The position numbers were made by a program, and so were the translations under genes. A model generated the notes under the pieces. It saw only the letters and a list, made by a program, of their open reading frames with translations. It was not told the DNA's origin and did not search any database. Of a DNA stretch of 4,003 nucleotides, positions 1 through 4,003 are shown piece by piece; position 1 is the stretch's first letter; each line of letters starts with the position of its first letter. Origin of the DNA: a virus (Duplodnaviria > Heunggongvirae > Uroviricota > Caudoviricetes); IMG/VR virus record IMGVR_UViG_2695420687_000009, positions 1 through 4,003 of that record; one strand, 5' to 3'.

Positions 1-113
1 TAACGGCTCTGTTTCAGCGCCTGTTCAGCTTTGCTACGAATCTTACTCAACTCTTCTTTTGACTTCTCGCCTGAGGCGCTTAGCACCTCTTCCAGCGTAT
101 CGGACAGGGATTT
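1..113 (-). pseudogene. yqjD: Internal fragment of a YqjD-like (ElaB/YqjD/YgaM family) membrane-anchored ribosome-binding protein; both ends missing
   Basis: Reverse-complement translation [39 protein letters not shown] matches my recollection of E. coli YqjD (roughly residues 15-55). There is no start or stop codon; the fragment runs off the window at position 1 and abuts the proC fragment near 113. Confidence 0.6.
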
Positions 114-242
114 CACAGGCCTATAAATTTGCAGCTCAGGCCGTAATGGGGTCCGCGAAAATGGTACTGGAAACCGGAGAACATCCCGGCGCATTGAAAG
201 ATATGGTCTGCTCACCGGGAGGCACCACCATTGAAGCAGTGC
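114..242 (+). pseudogene. proC: Internal fragment of pyrroline-5-carboxylate reductase (C-terminal region), no start or stop
   Basis: Translation [42 protein letters not shown] matches the C-terminal region of E. coli ProC as I recall it. The expected continuation (RVLEEKGF...) is absent; the sequence switches to phage Z at the NN at 243-244. Confidence 0.7.
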
Positions 243-694
243 NNGTTGCCCGTGAGACAAAGGTACGTCGGAAACTGGTAAAGGAAAGGGCCAGGCTGAA
301 AAGGGCCACGGTCAAAAATCCGCAGGCCAGAATCAAGGTTAACCGGGGGGATTTGCCCGTAATCAGGCTGGGTAATGCGCGGGTTGTCCTGTCCCGCCGC
401 AGGCGTCGTAAAAAGGGGCAGCGTTCATCCCTGAAAGGTGGCGGCAGCGTGCTTGTGGTGGGAAACCGTCGTATTTCCGGCGCGTTTATTCAGCAACTGA
501 AAAATGGCCGGTGGCATGTCATGCAGCGTGTGGCCGGGAAAAACCGTTACCCCATTGATGTGGTGAAAATCCCGATGGCGGTGCCACTGACCACGGCGTT
601 TAAACAGAATATTGAGCGGATACGGCGTGAGCGTCTTCCGAAAGAGCTGGGCTATGCGCTGCAGCATCAACTGAGAATGGTAATAAAGCGATGA
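243..694 (+). CDS. Z: Lambda-like minor tail protein Z, 5'-truncated (about 43 N-terminal codons and the start codon absent)
   Basis: Translation VARETKVRRKLVKERARLKRATVKNPQARIKVNRGDLPVI...[15 protein letters not shown] matches lambda gpZ from about residue 44 to its C-terminus. The stop TGA at 692-694 overlaps the U start (ATGA), as in lambda. The in-frame sequence upstream is proC, not Z. Confidence 0.85.
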
Positions 695-1086
695 AACATA
701 CTGAACTCCGTGCAGCCGTACTGGATGCACTGGAGAAGCATGACACCGGGGCGACGCTTTTTGATGGTCGCCCCGCTGTTTTTGATGAGGCGGATTTTCC
801 GGCAATTGCCGTTTATCTCACCGGCGCTGAATACACGGGCGAAGAGCTGGACAGCGATACCTGGCAGGCGGAGCTGCATATTGAAGTTTTCCTGCCTGCT
901 CAGGTGCCGGATTCAGAGCTGGATTCGTGGATGGAGTCCCGGATTTATCCGGTGATGAGCGATATCCCGGCACTGTCAGATTTGATCACCAGTATGGTGG
1001 CCAGTGGCTATGACTACCGGCGCGACGATGATGCGGGCCTGTGGAGTTCAGCCGATCTGACTTATGTCATTACCTATGAAATGTGA
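691..1086 (+). CDS. U: Lambda-like tail terminator / minor tail protein U (131 aa, intact)
   Basis: Full-length [36 protein letters not shown]...[10 protein letters not shown] matches lambda gpU. The ATG overlaps the Z stop codon (translational coupling arrangement). Confidence 0.9.
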   Translation: MKHTELRAAVLDALEKHDTGATLFDGRPAVFDEADFPAIAVYLTGAEYTGEELDSDTWQAELHIEVFLPAQVPDSELDSWMESRIYPVMSDIPALSDLITSMVASGYDYRRDDDAGLWSSADLTYVITYEM

Positions 1087-1093
1087 GGACGCT

Positions 1094-1834
1094 ATGCCTG
1101 TACCAAATCCAACAATGCCGGTGAAAGGTGCCGGGACCACACTGTGGGTTTATAAGGGGAGCGGTGACCCTTATGCGAACCCGCTTTCAGACGTTGACTG
1201 GTTGCGTCTGGCAAAAGTTAAAGACCTGACGCCCGGCGAACTGACCGCTGAGTCCTATGACGACAGCTATCTCGATGATGAAGATGCAGACTGGACTGCG
1301 ACCGGGCAGGGGCAGAAATCTGCCGGAGATACCAGCTTCACGCTGGCGTGGATGCCCGGAGAGCAGGGGCAGCAGGCGCTGCTGGCGTGGTTTAATGAAG
1401 GTGATACGCGTGCCTATAAAATCCGCTTCCCGAACGGCACGGTCGATGTGTTCCGTGGCTGGGTCAGCAGTATCGGTAAGGCGGTGACGGCGAAGGAAGT
1501 GATCACCCGCACGGTGAAGGTCACCAATGTGGGACGCCCGTCGATGGCTGAAGATCGCAGTACGGTGACGGCGGCAACCGGCATGACGGTAACGCCAGCC
1601 AGTGCGTCCGTAGTGAAAGGGCAGAGCACCACGCTGACCGTGGCATTCCAGCCGGAAGGCGTAACCGACAAGAGCTTTCGTGCGGTGTCTGCGGATAAAA
1701 CAAAAGCCACCGTGTCGGTCAGTGGTATGACCATCACCGTGAACGGCGTTGCTGCAGGCAAGGTCAACATTCCGGTTGTATCCGGTAATGGTGAGTTTGC
1801 TGCGGTTGCAGAAATCACCGTCACCGCCAGCTAA
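1094..1834 (+). CDS. V: Lambda-like major tail tube protein V with C-terminal Ig-like (Big_2-type) domain (246 aa, intact)
   Basis: [36 protein letters not shown]...[14 protein letters not shown] matches lambda gpV, with a few substitutions relative to my memory of lambda. AGGA at 1086-1089 lies just upstream of the ATG at 1094. The ORF-track start at 1064 is an upstream in-frame ATG that overlaps U and is not supported by homology. Confidence 0.9.
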   Translation: MPVPNPTMPVKGAGTTLWVYKGSGDPYANPLSDVDWLRLAKVKDLTPGELTAESYDDSYLDDEDADWTATGQGQKSAGDTSFTLAWMPGEQGQQALLAWFNEGDTRAYKIRFPNGTVDVFRGWVSSIGKAVTAKEVITRTVKVTNVGRPSMAEDRSTVTAATGMTVTPASASVVKGQSTTLTVAFQPEGVTDKSFRAVSADKTKATVSVSGMTITVNGVAAGKVNIPVVSGNGEFAAVAEITVTAS

Positions 1835-1849
1835 TCCGGAGAGTCAGCG

Positions 1850-2281
1850 ATGTTCCTGAAAACCGAATCATTTGAACATAACGGCGTGACCGTCACGCTT
1901 TCTGAACTGTCAGCCCTGCAGCGTATTGAGCATCTTGCCTGGTTGAAAGAGCAGGAAAAAAAGGCTGAATCCAGTGGCAACCTGCAGGTGTCTGTAGAGG
2001 ATCTTATCAGAGGCGGGGCGTTTCTGGTGGCGATGTCCCTGTGGCATAACCATCCGCAGAAAACGGGGTCACCGTCAATGAATGAGGCTGTGATGCAGAT
2101 TGAGCAGGAAGTCCTGACCACCTGGCCTGCTGATGCCATTGCCCGGGCGGAAGATGTGGTGTTGCGTCTGTCCGGGATGAGCGGGCTTGTTCATGTGGAT
2201 ACGGATATTACCGAAGTGGCGAAAAATAACGCGCTGACTGATGATGATTTTTCTGCGGGAAAGTCTTCGACGGCGAGCTGA
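1850..2281 (+). CDS. G: Lambda-like tail assembly chaperone G (143 aa, zero-frame product)
   Basis: MFLKTESFEHNGVTVTLSELSALQRIEHLAWLKEQ...FLVAMSLWHNHPQKT...SAGKSSTAS resembles lambda gpG (N-terminus identical, middle and C-terminal parts diverged). RBS GGAGAG at 1838-1843 is 6 nt upstream of the ATG. The slippery heptamer sits 7 codons before the stop. Confidence 0.88.
   Translation: MFLKTESFEHNGVTVTLSELSALQRIEHLAWLKEQEKKAESSGNLQVSVEDLIRGGAFLVAMSLWHNHPQKTGSPSMNEAVMQIEQEVLTTWPADAIARAEDVVLRLSGMSGLVHVDTDITEVAKNNALTDDDFSAGKSSTAS
2257..2263 (+). promoter_or_regulatory. Programmed -1 ribosomal frameshift slippery heptamer G GGA AAG (G-T frameshift site)
   Basis: GGGAAAG is present with GGA and AAG in the G zero frame (codons 2258-2260 and 2261-2263), which is the heptamer and phasing known for lambda G-T. 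The downstream -1 frame stays open for 154 codons and encodes T-like sequence. Confidence 0.8.
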
Positions 2282-2721
2282 ATTTTGCCCTCAGACTGGC
2301 GCGTGAGATGGGGAGGCCTGACTGGCGCGCCATGCTTGCCGGGATGACATCCACCGAATATGCCGACTGGCGACATTTTTACCGCATGCATTATTTTCAC
2401 GATACCCAGCTGGATATGCATTTTTCCGGGCTGACGTACGCTGTACTCAGCCTGTTTTTTTGCGATCCGGATATGCATCCCTCTGATTTCAGTCTGCTTG
2501 TCCCCCGGCATGAGGAAGAGCAGGTGGAGAGGCCGGATGAGGACAAAATGCTGATGCAGAAAGCGGCAGGACTTGCCGGAGGCGTCCGGTTCGGTGGGGA
2601 CGGAGGGCGCGATATTTTATCGTCTGCGGATGTGGCGGATGTCATGGTGGATGATGCCGCATTAATGGTGGCTTCAGCGGGGATTTCCGGAGGTGTGAGA
2701 TATGTCCCAGCCGGTTGGTGA
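2257..2721 (+). CDS. T: Lambda-like tail assembly protein T portion, expected to be made only as a G-T fusion by -1 ribosomal frameshift (fusion ORF 1850..2257 then 2257..2721)
   Basis: Reading in the -1 frame from the slippery site gives GKVFDGELNFALRLAREMGRPDWRAMLAGMTSTEYADWRHFY...GISGGVRYVPAGW, which matches lambda gpT. There is no independent RBS or start for this frame; the ORF-track start at 2308 is just the first in-frame ATG. Stop TGA at 2719-2721. Confidence 0.85.
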   Translation, partial: GKVFDGELNFALRLAREMGRPDWRAMLAGMTSTEYADWRHFYRMHYFHDTQLDMHFSGLTYAVLSLFFCDPDMHPSDFSLLVPRHEEEQVERPDEDKMLMQKAAGLAGGVRFGGDGGRDILSSADVADVMVDDAALMVASAGISGGVRYVPAGW

Positions 2722-2788
2722 TCTTGTTATTGACCTTAGTCTGGATGCGGTCCGTTTCGATGAGCAGATGAGCCGGGTAAGGCGTCAT
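2702..2788 (+). pseudogene. H: Lambda-like tail tape measure protein H, N-terminal 29 codons only (gene cut off at the N at 2789)
   Basis: MSQPVGDLVIDLSLDAVRFDEQMSRVRRH matches the start of lambda gpH (MAEPVGDLVVDLSLDAARFDEQMARVRRH...). RBS GGAGG at 2689-2693 is 8 nt upstream of the ATG at 2702, which overlaps the T stop. After 2788 the sequence is the nuoM start on the opposite strand, so about 97% of H is absent. Confidence 0.75.
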
Positions 2789-2789
2789 N

Positions 2790-2894
2790 TTTCACCAGCG
2801 CTATCCAGCGCGGCACCTTGACGCCAAAGCGTTCGGTCTGCCAGCACAGGAAGCCGCCGATAAAGGGAATCAATATTAGCCAGGGTAGTAACAT
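2790..2894 (-). pseudogene. nuoM: 5' fragment of NADH-quinone oxidoreductase subunit M (start codon plus about 34 codons)
   Basis: Reverse-complement ATG at 2894..2892 followed by MLLPWLILIPFIGGFLCWQTERFGVKVPRWIAL, which matches the N-terminus of E. coli NuoM as I recall it. AAGGA lies upstream on the minus strand (plus coordinates about 2902-2906). The 2895-2942 stretch is presumed nuoL-nuoM junction sequence but I could not confirm it. Confidence 0.65.
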
Positions 2895-2942
2895 GGCGAT
2901 CTTTATTCCTTGTAAAAGTCCCGTCAGGACCGGATTTTCAAC

Positions 2943-3440
2943 GAATTCTCAGACGCGCTGGCAAAAGTGATGCCGTCTGACATCCCGCTTAAACACCGTC
3001 ACTGGCTGGGCCTACAAATGCTGGAAGGCGATATTTACAGCCGTGCCTATGCCGGTGAAGCGTCGCAGCACCTGGATGCCGCCCTCGCCCGTCTGCGTAA
3101 TGAAATGGACGATCCGGCATTGCACATTGCTGATGCCCGCTACCAGTGCATTGCAGCTATCTGTGATGTGGTAAGCAACACTCTGACGGCAGAACCCAGC
3201 CGTTTTACTACCGCGGTGGATAAAATCGTGCTTAACCGTTTCCTCGGTCTGCCGATTTTCCTGTTCGTCATGTACCTGATGTTCCTGCTTGCCATCAACA
3301 TCGGCGGAGCATTACAGCCACTGTTTGATGTCGGTTCTGTGGCGCTGTTTGTACATGGTATTCAGTGGATTGGCTACACACTCCACTTCCCGGACTGGCT
3401 GACTATCTTCCTCGCCCAGGGGCTTGGCGGCGGTATTAAC
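2943..3440 (+). pseudogene. feoB: Internal fragment of ferrous iron transporter FeoB (no start or stop; about 165 codons, end of the G-domain linker region into the first transmembrane segments)
   Basis: Translation ...LAKVMPSDIPLKHRHWLGLQMLEGDIYSRAYAGEASQHLDAALARLRNEMDDPALHIADARYQCIAAICDVVSNTLTAEPSRFTTAVDKIVLNRFLGLPIFLFVMYLMFLLAINIGGALQPLFDVGSVALFVHGIQWIGYTLHFPDWLTIFLAQGLGGGIN matches E. coli FeoB. The 5' boundary is uncertain by about 10-20 bp. The 3' end stops at the N cluster beginning at 3441. Confidence 0.8.
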
Positions 3441-3664
3441 NNNGTNCNNCNTTNGTTCCTTTCAGGATGAACGTGTAATTGCCCGGCGTATTGTTTTTCA
3501 TCAGACGAAACGCGACGTTATCGACAAACGAATAGGTCGAAAGCTCAGAAAGATCGCGACACATCAGAGTAAAGTTGTGACCGTCCGGCAGCTGACGAAT
3601 ACGACAAATGCGCTCCATTGCGTTTTTATCTTCAATTTTACAACCGAGCGCATAGCCGGAATCG
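3441..3664 (-). pseudogene. yciO: Internal fragment of YciO (YrdC/Sua5-fold, L-threonylcarbamoyladenylate synthase-like paralog), no start or stop
   Basis: Reverse-complement translation YPTDSGYALGCKIEDKNAMERICRIRQLPDGHNFTLMCRDLSELSTYSFVDNVAFRLMKNNTPGNYTFILKG matches E. coli YciO, roughly residues 32-104. The visible bases between the Ns at 3442-3456 remain compatible with the next YciO residues T-K-E-V-P. The match ends upstream at about 3664. Confidence 0.7.
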
Positions 3665-3925
3665 GTTGGATATCGCATGGGTTGCCGCCTCACGGGCTGA
3701 TGTGCTGGCATCGCCGGCTGACTTCTTCGCGGCTGCCGTGTTCTGTGCCACCGCAGACGCGTTACGCGCCACCTCTTCCACCATCAGTTCAAAACGGCGC
3801 AGTGCCTCAGGACGGGCAATGATAAACAGAATCATGGCAATGAGCGGACCACTTATCGCGTAAATCATTGAAATAGCATTCGGGTTGATACAGCAGATGA
3901 TAAAGGTAATCAGCGATACCAACAT
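3665..3925 (-). pseudogene. 5' portion of a lambda Stf-like side tail fibre gene (conserved N-proximal motif), truncated downstream at the yciO junction
   Basis: Minus-strand ORF starting at ATG 3925..3923 encodes ...ARPEALRRFELMVEEVARNASAVAQNTAAAKKSAGDASTSAREAATHA, which closely resembles the lambda Stf segment ARPEVLRRLELMVEEVARNASVVAQSTADAKKSAGDASASAAQ. The 36 residues before it (MLVSLITFIICCINPNAISMIYAISGPLIAMILFII) are hydrophobic and unlike lambda Stf. The reading frame runs into yciO-derived sequence and stops at 3638. Confidence 0.5.
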
Positions 3926-4003
3926 AATGGATAGTGCGCGGTTAAATGACCGGCTTTTTTTAATCCCTACCTGTTGTAATGTTGTTTTGACAACTTCAGT
4001 TGC

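Noticed and set aside
59-694. 211-aa plus-strand ORF that looks like a single novel protein
   Set aside because: It is a read-through across three unrelated pieces: the antisense of yqjD (59-113), a proC fragment (114-242) and the Z gene (243-694), which happen to be in one open frame. The N-terminal 19 residues have no homology support and the only genuine coding content is proC and Z. It is a junction artefact, not a gene.
136-955. Shadow ORFs over the proC/Z/U region (136-336, 425-805 and 667-879 minus; 710-955 plus)
   Set aside because: They are antisense or out of frame relative to proC, Z and U, which are homology-supported. No RBS and no recognisable domains; I treat them as non-coding.
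1064-1093. Upstream ATG at 1064 offered by the ORF track as the V start ([10 protein letters not shown]...)
   Set aside because: These 10 extra codons overlap the end of U, have no RBS, and are not part of lambda gpV. The ATG at 1094 is preceded by AGGA and gives the canonical [15 protein letters not shown]-terminus.
2294-2329. Direct repeat GACTGGCGCG (2294-2303 and 2320-2329) downstream of the frameshift site, considered as a possible frameshift-stimulating element
   Set aside because: Both copies lie in T coding sequence, and a similar repeat is present in lambda itself as far as I recall. Lambda G-T frameshifting is known not to depend on a strong downstream structure. Most likely ordinary coding sequence.
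1257-2645. Overlapping alternate-frame and antisense ORFs inside V, G and T (1257-1487 plus; 1414-1824, 1521-1703, 1831-2139, 2191-2511 and 2397-2645 minus)
   Set aside because: All lie entirely within strongly supported phage CDSs on the other frame or strand. They have low-complexity Ala/Thr/Val/Arg/Ser-rich composition typical of shadow ORFs in GC-rich coding sequence, and none has a convincing RBS or recognisable homology.
2308-2721. Stand-alone 137-aa ORF starting at ATG 2308 as an independent T gene
   Set aside because: T-homologous sequence in this frame begins upstream of 2308, directly at the slippery site (2257). There is no RBS before 2308, and lambda T is known to be expressed only as the G-T frameshift fusion.
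2943-2948. EcoRI site (GAATTC) near the nuoM/feoB junction, and EcoRV site (GATATC, 3659-3664) at the yciO/Stf junction, as possible cloning scars
   Set aside because: Six-bp sites are expected about once per 4 kb by chance, and I cannot verify from memory whether these hexamers are native to feoB and yciO. This is not sufficient evidence of cloning-derived junctions.
3424-3863. Plus-strand ORFs 3424-3822 and 3618-3863
   Set aside because: They run antisense to the yciO and Stf-like coding sequences and cross the N cluster and the 3665 junction. They have no homology and are most likely shadow ORFs.
3939-3961. Possible plus-strand intrinsic terminator (CGGT-loop-ACCG followed by a run of seven T)
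   Set aside because: The stem is only 4 bp, too weak for a confident rho-independent terminator, and there is no plus-strand gene ending just upstream. The A/T run is equally consistent with AT-rich 5' leader sequence of the minus-strand Stf-like gene.
1-4003. Search for CRISPR repeats, tRNA/rRNA genes, IS element inverted repeats, integrase/att sites, toxin-antitoxin or defence-system gene pairs
   Set aside because: No regularly spaced direct repeats, no cloverleaf-compatible or rRNA-like segments, no transposase or integrase-like ORFs, and no unassigned intact ORF pairs were found. Every ORF over about 80 codons is explained by a known gene or is a shadow or junction artefact.

Overview
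This window is not one natural locus but a patchwork of at least seven unrelated segments, all recognisable as E. coli K-12 or lambda-like sequence. I found no support for a novel or undescribed biological system. The core (243-2788) is a contiguous, syntenic piece of a lambdoid phage tail module: a 5'-truncated Z, intact U, V and G, the G-T programmed -1 frameshift, and only the first 29 codons of tape-measure gene H. It is flanked by short internal fragments of housekeeping genes on mixed strands: yqjD (1-113, minus), proC (114-242, plus), nuoM start (2790-2894, minus), feoB (about 2943-3440, plus), yciO (3441-3664, minus) and the N-terminal part of a lambda Stf-like side tail fibre gene (3665-3925, minus). 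Several junctions coincide with N characters (243-244, 2789, 3441-3454). The most likely explanations are an assembly chimera or a synthetic/shuffled construct. Every assignment rests on my own reading of the translations against remembered protein sequences; no database search was run, so identities are approximate and junction coordinates are good to about +/-10 bp. No tRNA, rRNA, CRISPR array, integrase or transposase was seen.
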